Assembly (NCBI RefSeq): GCF_000150275.1
Contig: NW_002060977.1
Location: 67,235-131,234, forward strand
DNA length: 64,000 nt
Direction: 5' to 3'
From: Trichoplax adhaerens
Taxonomy: Eukaryota; Animalia; Placozoa
Shown here: piece after piece, positions 38,418 to 51,372 of the stretch
How positions within the stretch are numbered: the first letter of the stretch is position 1
Layout of the letters: the number at the start of each line of letters is the position of its first letter
Translations under genes and position numbers: made by a program
The notes under the pieces: model-generated
What the model was told of the DNA's origin: nothing
Database searches by the model: none
Seen by the model: the letters and a program-made list of their open reading frames with translations, nothing else

Positions 38418-41042
38418 ATGGTTCTTGCAGCATTGATTGATGTAGCTCTTATTTTGCTTAGAATATTGTTGAGTATTGTCATATCAATACTCAGATGCTT
38501 TATTCCTGCTCCTAAAAAAGATGTTAAAGGCAAAATTTTCTTAATTACCGGCGGAGCCAGTGGCTTGGGCAGATTAATGGCTACAAAATTTGCTGCTTTA
38601 GGAGGAATTATTGTCATTTGGGACATCAATGAACAGGGTAATAAATCGATACAGTCGGAAATTCGAGCTGCTGGTGGGACTGCATACACCTATATAGTTG
38701 ATATTTGCAACAAAGATAAAATTTACGAAGCGGCCGACTTGGTTAGAAAGGACGTGGGAGATGTGGACTTTTTAATCAATAATGCTGGTATCGTTAGCGG
38801 TAAAAAATTATTAGACTGCAGTGACAACATGATATTAAAAACCATGCAGATAAACAGTATTGCGCATTTTTGGGTAAGTAGAATGGATAGCTATTCGAAC
38901 GAAATTAATTAACCAATACTCTCTTAAAATAATTGCTGTTCATGTAGACAGTCACGTATACGGTATACCTACTTACCTACTGCACTCCCATGTTCTACAG
39001 TACTTTATAATGCTCTGGTGCTCATCTACGCTAGTGCTGAAATAATTGTGAATTCGCTTTCTGCCCACCATTCAATAACCTCAGATTAGAATAATTATAA
39101 GTATCAGCGATCGAGCAGTTTCCATAGATAATCGTAACATCAGTAGATGCTTCATTACAGCACGATTATGGAGTTGTTATTTCTGTAATAACGTATTTTA
39201 GGCTAGGATAGAAACAACAATTTGCAAAGTACACTGTCGTTAGTAGATGGCAACTCTATATTGTACAAGAAGTGACGATAAACTACGTCACTTAGAAGGG
39301 TAATTTTAAATGCTAGCTTAGACAGTTAATTAGTAACTTCCCGTGTTTCAAGCGGATACAAGTACTGGTAGAATACGTATACTGCTATACTAGCAGAATA
39401 TAACTGCAGAACAGTAATTTAACAATATCCGTTTTTTCGTTGGCAATGGATTTATGAAATTACGGCCATAGTTTGTGGTGTTGTCCTAAATTAAGCATGA
39501 TAATTCTTAAAATTGTTAACTGTACTCTGGATTTATTAATTTAATTACAGACTACAAGGGCTTTTCTACCAAAAATGATGGAGAAGGATGAAGGTCATAT
39601 TGTTACAATTGCATCAACAGCAGGATTCTTTGGAGTTAATCGATTGATCGACTACTGTACGTCTAAGTTTGCCGCGGTAGGTTTTGATGAATCTTTGCGT
39701 GATGAGCTAAGAATTGCACGGTCCAAAGTAAATACAACGGTTATTTGCCCAACTTACATCTCTACCGGAATGTTTGAAGGCTCTAAGTTTAGGTCAGTGT
39801 GCGTTTCAATTCTGGTAATGCTTAAACCATCTTTTGATAAAGATGCAACTATTTGCTGTAACAGTACCCATTCTGAAACACTATACTGTACAGTAGTTAA
39901 ATAAATAATTGCAGTCAAGACCATCTCAGTTCGATTTTTTAAAGTAATTCTTTAACAGACTGTAATATTTTAAATTAAAACATTTTTATAACTAAATTAC
40001 GCGTGGGATAAGTTGTCACAAAGTGATACATATTATCCAATAGATCACCTCTCATGTACAGACAGTATCATAATTAGGATCGTAGACATTAGAGAAAACT
40101 CTAACTATGCTATTATTATGATACTAAAAGTTATAAATTAGTGGTATACCGTACGTATCACTGTATCTTGTTTAGCATCATCTATCGGATTGCTAGTAAA
40201 GTAAGTAGCTTGTATAGCTAAATATTTTGTAACGTTAATTTGATATGTTAATACCTAAGGAATACAGCTGTTATTATTGATAACTGTATGTAATTTACGT
40301 AAATTATAAGCTACAATAGCTATCTGAGAAGTCGTTAATTCTTGTCGCGCTGCTACCGGAAATAGTACAACACTTATACATTATTTATGCATATAACTAT
40401 ACTCTACTGTATTATTAAGTTCTGTACCTTGTCCAGTACTAAACTCAATGCATCAATCATTTTAAAGTACGAACCTATCAACAATTGTATCAACATAACA
40501 TAACTCTTTTATATACTGTAGATTTCAGTCGTTAATGCCTGTATTGACACCAGAATGGGTTACCGACCAAATTGTTGATGCAGTTTTAAGGAATCAGAAA
40601 ATGTTATGTTTACCGAGAACGATACCTATTATGATATTTCTAAAAGGGTAAGTCTGTATGTACTTTGATCTAGATTTCGATTTAGAATCAATCCATGGAG
40701 ATAATTTATGAGTAGCAATTGGAGCTTAAATGATTTTGCATTGTAACATCATCAATTATTTTACTTTATAATACATGGTTCGGTATTAAATTAATTATAA
40801 TTAGTTATTTTATACTGTAATTGGGATCTGCATAGTATACAGTATAGTAAAAGTTTAGCAGCGTTAATTTTGTGTACTACATTCATCACTCACTGTACAA
40901 CTTTTTTATATGACCTTTTTATGACGTTAATCTTAGGCTTTTACCAATTGAAGCAACAGAAGCATTTTCTGACTTAGTTGGAGGTTCCCAATCTATGGAA
41001 GACTTCGTCGGCCACACTTCAGCTACTAAAAAGTCCTCTTAA
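38418..41042 (+). CDS. Short-chain dehydrogenase/reductase, SDR16C family (RDH10/SDR16C5-like), paralog A
   Basis: Exons 38418-38873, 39551-39792, 40522-40647, 40937-41042; N-terminal membrane anchor, TGGASGLG, NNAG, catalytic YCTSK. Confidence 0.92.
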
Positions 41043-42159
41043 TCTAGTTTTAATCACGTTCTTGTATCTTATATACTGTAGATGCAAGAAAAGTTTTAAA
41101 ACAAAGAGACCGAATTGTCATGAACAATTTATCAAATTTTCAGTCAATATAAGAATGCGCGTGTTTAAACAAACTTTTCTTATTCTCTCTGTTGCATGTA
41201 CGATAGTGCAATCCACCAAGTAAATGCATAGCAATACGCGTAGGATTATTTGTTTAAGTTAACAGAAATAGTTCAAAACAACTTAAACTATCAGTAGGAA
41301 GTGCGTCATCGTATATAAAGTTATTATTATTATAAATCTATATTTCCTATTCAGGGATTAGCGTAGCGGCCTGTATGGCAGATTTTATTGTTATTAACAT
41401 TATCGTAATATTATCAACTTTGTTGTATGAAGATATTTAAATCGCATAAAGCACGAGTAGTCATTTCAGTAGACTTCCATTAGACATGCTCCTGCCTTTA
41501 CATATTCTTGCATTGCTTGTTTGAAATGCAAGTTTTTGCTTCATCAAAAAACTTGACAACTTATATACGGTGATAATACGTGGATGCAGATCCGACCAGG
41601 TCGGACTTCGCATTTACTTATTCACTAAGTTAAATGAATTACCGTCTTTGTATTTCTGATGAAAGTAATGTAATGATCAATTTATGATATTTACACGTAA
41701 ATATACCTAATCAAATTAAAGGCAATAAGTTGTTCGTTCGAAATTTCTGTGTAGAGGTGAATTGATACACTGCACGCGAATGGTTCGTCCGTAGCTTAAG
41801 GACGTTACAGCTTCGTCGAGAGCCCTAGCTTGCTTGCTACAAGCAAGGCTAATGTACATAGTACAGTACTGTATAAAATTGTAAAGCAGAGGATGGTCGG
41901 TTATTCGACAGGCATTGGACGTAGTCTTATATGCGAACAATTGTCAAATCGATTAGCTAACGTACTTTACGATATTGTAACACATATACTGTACGTGAAC
42001 AATTACCAAATTGACTGATTTTATTCCTAGAATCATGTAAGTAAACAGACCAAAGATTTACTTTAAATCATTATACAGTACAGTATTTGGTCAGCTTTAC
42101 AAATTCAGTTTGCTATTCGAGCCTTTCGCCACTCCTTTTTTAAAAGTCCAACAGATTCA

Positions 42160-42470
42160 ACTGCTGTACCGTATACTGTACAACTGTACAGTACAGTGTA
42201 CAGTACTAATGAGTATAGTACTGTACGTTACAGTACATTGTACAGTAGATGTGCAGTGCGGTACCGTCATACTGTACTGTACACTGTACACTGTATAGTA
42301 CAGTACAGTACTGTACTGTACTGTATAGGCAAAGAAAAAAACTGTCTGTACTGTACCGTACTGTTCCTTTATTGGTACCATACAGAGTACTGTACTGCAC
42401 CGTACAATACCAAGTCGTGAGTACAGTACAGTACTGTACTGTACATCGTACAGTGTGTACCGTACTGTAC
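42160..42470. promoter_or_regulatory. (TACAG/CTGTA)n array upstream of RPL7
   Basis: Dense pentamer runs that end about 50 bp before the predicted TSS motif. Confidence 0.65.
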
Positions 42471-42507
42471 GGCCATTGAAATATGCGCATGGGTAAATAC
42501 GATTATT

Positions 42508-42528
42508 CACGTGCAAATCGTTCTTTTC
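42508..42528 (+). promoter_or_regulatory. E-box (CACGTG) and polypyrimidine TCT/5'-TOP initiator of RPL7
   Basis: cacgtg at 42508-42513; ttcttttc at 42521-42528, 18-25 nt before the ATG, as is typical of ribosomal protein genes. Confidence 0.6.
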
Positions 42529-42545
42529 AACCAACAGCAATCGAA

Positions 42546-44521
42546 ATGGCGACACGGTAAGTCGATAACTGTAAAGGATCTCTTGTCATCCATGTCTTTT
42601 ACTGCATCATTTTGAGAAATTTTTACCCACAAATGTACTTTTACATCTTTCTATCGCCTTTATTCATGTTATTTTGTCAATCTTATTCTAAATGATCATA
42701 AAATTGAGGTTCACTCTTCATTTTTGATTAAAATAGTACCGCGCATTAATCGCCATGACATACTAAGAACTTACATTAGCTTCTTTACAACATTTCCTAT
42801 CACTGCCAATGTAGAGCATTGCAATAAATCGACAAGCGAAATGATACACCTGAAAGTATAAGATGTTACATTCTAATTTGTCGTTAACTAAGATTAGAAT
42901 CAATCTACCATGTCATACGTAACGTAATCGGTAATTTCGCCTATATATGGTGTGCCTACGTTTAGTGTAATAATTATATTTGCCGCACTTCTGTTTCTTA
43001 ACTTTATTCGTATTCAGTACTTTGCCTTGCACACCATTTTTCGCTCTATTATACCAAGACTGTATGAATTTTTAAACTTACATTTACTTCTAAGGAGCTG
43101 TAGTATTCACGTATACCGATTTATTATTGTTAAGTAGGTCAGCAGCAATAGGTAACGTACTGTAAATTGACTTACTACTGTAAGGCGTTTGTAGTGGTTG
43201 ACCATGCGAAATAGACGTTTTTTGATAGACGTTATTTGGATACATGGTAGACTTTCAATATTTCGTAAGGTTTAACCTAATTGTTTTGCCAATGATTTCG
43301 TTAATATTGTGCATCTATTAGGAATGAAAAATTGCCCACCCTCCCGGAGAGCGTCCTAAAGAAACGTAAGGCTCTAGAAAAGTTACGAGCTGAAAAGGAA
43401 AAACTGAAAATTGATACCCGAAAGGTTAGTTTGTAGAGAGGCGACTAAAATCTGACTTTAAAGTAAATTGTAGCATGAAACTGCTAACTGTATTGCACGA
43501 AAATTCAAGATTACGTATGATATATTCGAAATTTTCCTGCCTTATTTTCATTTGAGGAGAAATAATGGCTAAAAATTTGAAAGTAATTGGTATGATATTT
43601 TTAAATGATAGGCCAATAAAAACAAGAGAAGGGTAATTTTTAAAAGAGCTGAACAGTATGTAAAAGAATATCGTCTAAAAGAACGCGATGAAATTCGTCT
43701 GAAGCGAGAAGCAAGGAAAGAAAACAACTATTACCTGCCTGCTGAAGCCAAGCTAGCTTTCGTCGTTAGAATTCGAGGGTACACACTATAGCCGATATTC
43801 AGATCATATCTAACAGTAAAATTCTATTGGGATGATTGTTATATCCCATCTAATCTTTACCTTTGTACTAAAATCGATTAATCTAGTATCAACGGCGTAA
43901 GCCCGAAGGTTCGCAAAATTCTTCGCTTGCTCCGATTACGTCAAATCCATAACGGTGTTTTCGTAAAACTGAACAAGGCTACTATCAATATGTTGAAACT
44001 TGTCGACCCATATATTGCATGGGGGTAAGACTAGAAGTTATTAATTAATACGGCTCAATGATGCTGATTCTCTGAATCAGTAACTAATGATTACCATCTC
44101 TTGTAACCCGTCACTGTAGTACATTTGTATAATTGATGAATGTAGATTGTACCGTGATAACGTGTTATTAAACTAATTGAATATGCTCAAATCTTTCTAC
44201 AGTTACCCAAATTTGAAGAGCGTTCGAGAATTGATTTATAAGCGTGGCTTTGGAAAAGTTGATAAGAAAAGAATAGCTTTATCAGATAATGCAATCATTG
44301 AAAATAGCCTTGGAAAATCTGGAATTATCTGTATGGAAGACCTTATACATGAGATCTTTACTGTTGGTCCCAATTTTAAACAAGCAAATAACTTTTTATG
44401 GCCCTTCAAGTTGTCGTCTCCACATGGTGGTATGCAGAAGAAAGGTAATCACTTCATTGAAGGAGGTGATTATGGAAATCGGGAAGAATATATCAATCAG
44501 CTGATAAGAAAAATGAATTAG
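42546..44521 (+). CDS. RPL7: 60S ribosomal protein L7 (uL30)
   Basis: Exons 42546-42556, 43322-43424, 43612-43778, 43887-44024, 44203-44521; [73 protein letters not shown]. Confidence 0.97.
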
Positions 44522-46039
44522 ATTTCTTGTATGTTATATCTGTTAATTGTTTTCGTAAAGCTATCCGAAATAAAACGCCTAAAGTTTGACATCGTCTGTG
44601 ATGCAATATGCATATATGAGTAGTATAGTGCAATAGAGCACTGTTTACAAGTGCTGATGATAATTTTAATCGACCTAGTTCACCTCTAGCATCAGGGATG
44701 GTGCGATACGGGACGCGCTTTATTTTATTGACAGTTTGTATAGAAGCTCTATCGAAAACTTTGTTTTCTATTTATGATTAAACAGTACGAAATTCATCAA
44801 TCGAGCTACTGTAAGTCTCTGCCTACAATTGCGTCGAATGCGTAAGTGCTAGCTTGTTGAATCTGAACCGGATATTTCACGCCGATACTGTACGTTCTGC
44901 TATGTTCTCTTAATCAGTTCAAGTAACGTTAATTCGACCGTAGGGGTTGGAATATAAGAATCATTAATCCGTAAAGTCACTTTGGCAAATTCGTTAATGG
45001 AATTTCAATATGTAAACGGTAAATCTAATAATCATAAGCTTACAAATAACGTACAGTATTCTACAGAAATCCTCTCTGGTTTGAGATAAGCGAAGGTAAA
45101 AAGCACCCCAGTAGTACTGACCTAGGACATTTTAGTGCAGTGAGACGAGCGCTTCGTACCTCTCTTCTTTTAGTAGACCCTGAATGTCTGTATGCTATTA
45201 AATTATTTCAATTATAATTATAAACTTGAGAGATGTGGGTTTTTTCCTACAGGAAATCTTCATGGCGGATCAGGACATACAAATAGTAGCCTATAAAAAT
45301 CACTACTAAATGTGTTTGAATTTTTCGAAATGTATATGTTACGTATATACGAGTTGTTTAATATATATATTGCAGAACCGGAGTTCTACTGATCTATACC
45401 TTGCAGATCTAGTCTCTTCTTTCAACGAATTTATGCAGTACTTATGTGCTAACAAAAAGCATTTCATGGATGATGTACGCTCGATAGAGTCTGTAAAATA
45501 AAGCAAAAGTCTATCTATGATAGTGATGAAATTATTTTGATTTTTTGGATCAATTTTTGACAGTACATACGCATATTCTTAAGGCTAAGTGCACTATAGA
45601 CACATATTTAAGAAAAAAAATATTCAAACTTTGGTATAAGAAACAGGTCAACTTTACTGTACGGCTGAGATTCGAATACGCATATCTGAAAGCTTCAAGC
45701 AGATATTTTATTTGCAGTTAAAATCCTTATTACAGTAACTTGTCATATATCATATATGCATATGTACACTAACTCATACCAAGGACTACTGCTCGTACAC
45801 ATTGAATATTAACGTTTAAAATTCGTGCACTTGCTCACGGTCTCATCTTATTTCTAGATCGAATTGACCGCCAACTGATTAACAAACTTTATATATAACC
45901 AGAAATGATTTTACTTTACAGTACTCCACAAAGCAGCAACTTGTTCACATACACATTATGGTATACGTAAGTACGGGCCAGTACTATCAGTTGGCGAAAT
46001 CGAAGCAGTGCTCCGTTGCTAGGGTTCCGGCCATGCGCA

Positions 46040-46215
46040 CATACTGTATAGTACAGTACTATACGGTAGGCTGCTGACATACTGTAGGTATGGAAACTAC
46101 AGTACAGTACTGTACAGTACAGAACAGTACAGTACAAGTACTGTAAACTTGCCTAACTACTGTAGCTTAAAGTACTGTACTGTACTGTACTGTACTGCAC
46201 TGTACTGTACCGTGC
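46040..46215. promoter_or_regulatory. (TACAG/CTGTA)n array upstream of SDR gene B
   Basis: actacagtacagtactgtacagtacag ... agtactgtactgtactgtactgtac, about 250 bp before ATG 46466. Confidence 0.65.
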
Positions 46216-46465
46216 TGACACTTTACTAACAGATTTACAGTCCATATGATTGGTAGTGACTTGCTAGTGAGCCAAGGAGCAAACAATTTTTAGCGTTAAG
46301 TAAACTAGCTCGTTTTATCAAATCTAGCCTGCTATTAAATGTAGTTTCTACTGTATCTTGAAGAAATCGTAATAGTACATATCGAACATATTAAAGAGTT
46401 CAATCATCTTTCCTGTTATGTGCAAATAGATACAGTAGAAGGCGTTAGAAATTGTCTCGATAACT

Positions 46466-47956
46466 ATGTTGTTCGTGATTGCCGTCGAATTCTTCTTGAC
46501 ATGCATTCGGTTTGCTTATCATATTGTTATTGCAATCATTTATTCTATACTGCCACGAAAAGCTAAAAATGTAGAAGGTGATATCGTTTTAATTACTGGT
46601 GCGGCCAATGGAATTGGAAAGATCGTGGCCAAAAAATTTGCTGACCTAAATGCGACTCTCGTGTTATGGGATATTGACAAAAAGGCCAACGAAAACGTTG
46701 CGCGAGAAATCGAGGTCATGGGCAAGCGGGCCTATGCCTATACTGTCGATGTTACTCAAAAAGAATCCGTTTATAAGGTTGCCAACCGCGTCAAAATGGA
46801 GGTTGGTGACGTTAACATTCTCATTAACAACGCTGGTATTGTCAGCGGCAAGAAACTGCTAGACTGCGACGACGATATGATAATAAGAACAATGGAAGTG
46901 AACATGATCTCACACTTTTGGGTAGCGATATTAACTTTCCTCTCGTATCTAGCATTTGATTATACGTATCTGCTACTATACATGTATATATATAAGCGTA
47001 TATACGAATAGAAAGTTACAGATTACTAGATGTATCTGTTAATAATCTCTGATACTGTACAATTCTATTTTTCCAGTTTCGTTATTTAGCTAGTTTCATA
47101 AATTGTTAATTTAACGTTCCTGCTACATCCCTCGATAATACGTTATTTCCTTATATCTGTAGACTGTGAAAGCTTTCCTACCCGCTATGCTCGAAAATAA
47201 CGAAGGTCACATTGTTACTATTGCTTCCGCTGCTGGTTTATTAGGTGTAAGCCAGTTAGTTGATTACTCTGCCTCCAAACATGGTGCAATTGGATTTGAT
47301 GAATCTTTACGCCACGAATTAACCGACATGCATAGTGGCATAAATACGACAGTTGTGTGTCCGTACTATACAGATACTGGATTGTTCTACGGATGCAAAT
47401 CAAGGTGCCAAATTGCACTTGCTTGCAATACGTTTAAGAATTTTTCAATAATACAGTATTCAAAACATTCAAAAATATGTATTATATACTCAACACAATT
47501 TAATGACCTCAATTATTTAAGTCATCTTGTACCTATACCTATACATGTAGATTTCCCAAGATTTTACCGATACTGGAGCCGGAGTACGTTGCTTCCTGCA
47601 TTGTTGATGCAATTTTACAAAATCAGCACATCCTTTTTGTTCCAAAGATTCTCTCTATCTTCATTTTTCTGAAAACGTAAGTTGGCAGTTAATTAAATTA
47701 TACAATACTTGGTAACTTCTTCAAAATATGACCTATATCGGTATACATAATTGCCGGCCTAGAAGTAATTTAAATATTTAAAGTTCTTTCTCTTGATTTT
47801 ATCTATCTGCCATAACTTTCTATTTACTAATATTATTGTTAATTCAGAATTTTACCAACAAGTGCATTTATAGTCCTTGGTAAATTTTTTGGAGGGTTTA
47901 CGTTTATGGATAATTTCCAAGGTCGTGCAAAGAAAAACTTCAATAGAAAGTTCTGA
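46466..47956 (+). CDS. SDR16C family dehydrogenase (RDH10/SDR16C5-like), paralog B
   Basis: Exons 46466-46921, 47163-47404, 47551-47676, 47848-47956; TGAANGIG, NNAG, YSASK; the first three coding exons have the same lengths as in paralog A (456/242/126). Confidence 0.92.
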
Positions 47957-49301
47957 AACATTCTCATATTAAGGTTGTCATATTTGTCAGCGTATGCTGC
48001 ACATTTTATCTTTCGTGACGGAAACAAAATTTCTAATACCTGTTCCATGGCTAAACTGTACCTATCGTAGCTGGTAGAATACATTTAGCTGTGTTGACCA
48101 ATCAGCTATATTGTATGGTTCAATGCTAAATGCATATACGAATAGATGCTGTTGTATGTACTTCTGGCAGCCAGAATATCCTGCGTAAATTTCAATTATT
48201 TGTACTAATTTATTCGCTGATAGTAGTGATTAATAAATTGTGATAATACATATAATGCAAATTCTTGTATTATCCTTTACCAGTGAGATGTAGGTAATAC
48301 AGTATATATGTTATTGTCTGTATTGTATATACACAGGCTCCCACTATTCAGGAGATCACCCCAAATGTAAACATTGATTGCTAATTACTGAAACATCCTG
48401 ATGTGACTCCGAATGGTACGGTAATTGGCTTCCATTCGAATAACTACGTGCATCTAATATACGTAATGATTCAAGCTTAAATGAAAATATGTAGAATGCA
48501 CGATAAATTCTTTGGGTTTGAACTCATTCTACTACTGGGTACTAAATTATTTGATATCCAACAAGATGCGTTATGCTTTAAGAAATTAATCTTCCATTGA
48601 TTAAGGACTATTTGATATATCTGACCTCGAAAGCTGTAGGTCTTTTAACTTCTGATATATGTAAGTTGATCATATATGCCTCTAATTATCTACCTGCTTA
48701 CGCTTAAATTTAATTCGAATGGTATTTTATTGACTTCATACAGAACATTATGGTACAACAATAGCACATATGTATTTTTGTTTCCTATTTATTGCAATAT
48801 TAATAAATCTAACAATTGAAATGTGTTAACAAGAGATGTGTAATATTTATAAGTCGAATATATATTATTGTTATACAATTTACAGTATATCCAATAGTTC
48901 TTTTCTAATGTATAACATTTGCATGATAATTGTAACCGACTTTTAGAAGTCGGCGGCTTCTGCAATATTTTCACTTTAGCATATCAATTTCAATCTTACT
49001 GATTAATCTGGTAATATTGGTTACTAATTAAGCTACAGAACATAATTTATCCTGCTGCTAGATCCAGCAGTAATAATAGGTCCTTGATCATAACTTTAGA
49101 CTTGGCATTATGCTACAACACAGTATAGCTGGAATCGCTAAAATAAAACAGATAAATGTATTATAACAACAGTATACACTATATTTATAATATTATGTTT
49201 CCGTGTTATTTTCAATTTGCGGTATCAATCGCTTTCGGGCACCCAACTGACAAGTCTAGCTATCGAGCTCAAGTAGGTGTAAATTAATTAGTTAGTTTAT
49301 G

Positions 49302-51372
49302 TTATGTATCTACAGACAAAGGAACATTGGGCTGAACAGCTATAATGCTTGACGCAACTGAACTAACACTGAAGTTTCTTTCACTAAGACCGGTAGCACT
49401 ATCAACTCGAGGCAACTCCGGCAAAGCTGGAGACAAGGTGACCTCACGCTGTTCTGCCTTGATTGAATCTCTACCGGAGCAACTCTTACTTCTCTTATTA
49501 GGGGAGGGTTGAGGCGATATACTACGCTGAGTGTTCACCTGGTACGTTTTATTATCTCCTGAAGGCAACGCTCTTGAATCACTAGCGCTGCGTTGAATAT
49601 AAAATTCATCTTTTTCAAGATAAGGATAGTTACTAGCTTTTTCGTGGACGTGGGCAGATGTCGATGATCTAGGTTGGGTAGTATCCATCATTGCAATAAT
49701 ATTGCTAGTACTGGCTGTATCTGCAGTTGCAACGTGTCCACGGAAGGGCTTTTGTACTTGTAATGTTGCAGCTTCCGCAATAGTTTTAGAGCGGCAATTT
49801 TCTTGCTTAGAATGATCAATGGTTTTCGAAAATAGTGACTCGACGGCGAGCCTTGTGTCTCTCTCATACGTTTCACCTACCATAGAAGCGTCCGTGCAGC
49901 TACCGCTACGACAAAGGGACACCGGTACAACACCATACACATAAGCAAGTAGTATAGGTACACCAATACCAACCGCAACTGCTGCCAGAATGGGTGATAC
50001 CATAACAGATGCGGAAACTCCAGCAGTTATGGCTATATTCCTTTTATGACGCTGATTACGCTCCTGAAATCTCTCATACACCTACAAGTTCGGATGACAA
50101 AAGATAACTGTCTTAATAACGATAGAATATTATTTCTAAATATTTTAGAATAAAATAAAATTTTATCGAATACTTTATACGAGTCTAAAAAATGTATGCC
50201 GAGCATTTATATCGGTTTATTATAAACAGTTCTACTCGTATGATGGTACCTTCCGACCAGCATAGATTGGAACTCCTATTATTATAGCGGGCACGCTAAT
50301 TGTAGCAATCAAACCGATGCCTACAGGAGCACCAATGATGGTTCCTAGCTGCCATAGTATTTTCTTTTTCCTACTCCATGGCTTCTTGCCCCAAAATGTA
50401 CATCCAGAAGGGCTAGATAAACGATACAAACAATAAGGATCTTATAATAATGTCTTGAAAGGACAGTAACAGAGTACAGTATACAGTGCTAAATTAATTA
50501 TAATTACTAAAGATAAGTATAAGCATTTACCTTAAGTAATGTAAGTCGGTAATCTCTCGCATGCACAACCAGCAAAATTCGGTAGAACAAACTGAACAGA
50601 CCATATGGTTACAAGAACCATCATCTACTTTGATAATAAGTGCCGAGCAACGAGGGCACATTTTGATTTGTTCGCTCCCAAGATCTTGAAGTAACTGCCC
50701 TGCTTGTGACGTTGACGATTCATTCGTTGCCGAGTTGTTGATTGCGGCGACCGAACGGCTGAGACGAGCAGCATCACAAGTTTGATTGGGATGCCACATC
50801 TGCTTACAGTGATAACAGAAATCAGTATTGCATCCGGGTCGTTCACACTGTATCTTAGGGCAACTGGCACAACCAGCAGCTATAACTGCATAACCACAAT
50901 CAGGTGCCGGGCACCATCGACAGTCCGGATCAGAAACGAGAATTCTTCGAAGAGAAAATTCTTCATATTTTGACCATATATCATTATCATCTAGAATGGA
51001 CTTAATTTCATTGGGATAGAAATATTCTGAGCATTCAGGGCAAGTAATGTTTGTTCTAGATTCTGAGATTTGCAAGCTGACATATCTTTTCAAACAAGCT
51101 GCACATGTTCTATGTTCACAACAAGATAGAATTGGAAACTCGCTTGGGCTTTTAGGAGTGTAACAGATAGGACACGTTAGCATCGATTCATGATTATCTT
51201 GAGAAGATTCGTTGGAACAAGAACTAAGGTTATCAGAGTTGCAATTGTTGTTGTTATTATTGCTATTCCTATCATTATAATTATTTTTGTCCTCATCAGC
51301 ACAGGATGACTGAGAAGTTTTCTTTTTCTTCCATAGATTACGCCAACTGCGTCGTTCTTGTTTATTAGTCAT
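49302..51372 (-). CDS. RNF19: RBR E3 ubiquitin ligase, RNF19 (Dorfin) family
   Basis: Exons 51372-50531, 50412-50250, 50081-49302; RING1-IBR-RING2, then [27 protein letters not shown] and two hydrophobic segments. Probable upstream non-coding exons have donors near 51665 and 55401. Confidence 0.93.

Noticed and set aside
38213-38689. 158-aa antisense ORF, and similar antisense or off-frame ORFs over MSH6, GARS, RNF19 and SDR-B
   Set aside because: They are shadows of real coding exons.
44049-44156. snoRNA candidate in RPL7 intron 4, plus hairpins at 43135-43248 in intron 1
   Set aside because: Imperfect C box, no terminal CTGA or valid H/ACA boxes, and no rRNA complement that I could identify.
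45655-45720. tRNA T-loop-like TTCGAATC on the minus strand
   Set aside because: No cloverleaf or A box could be built.
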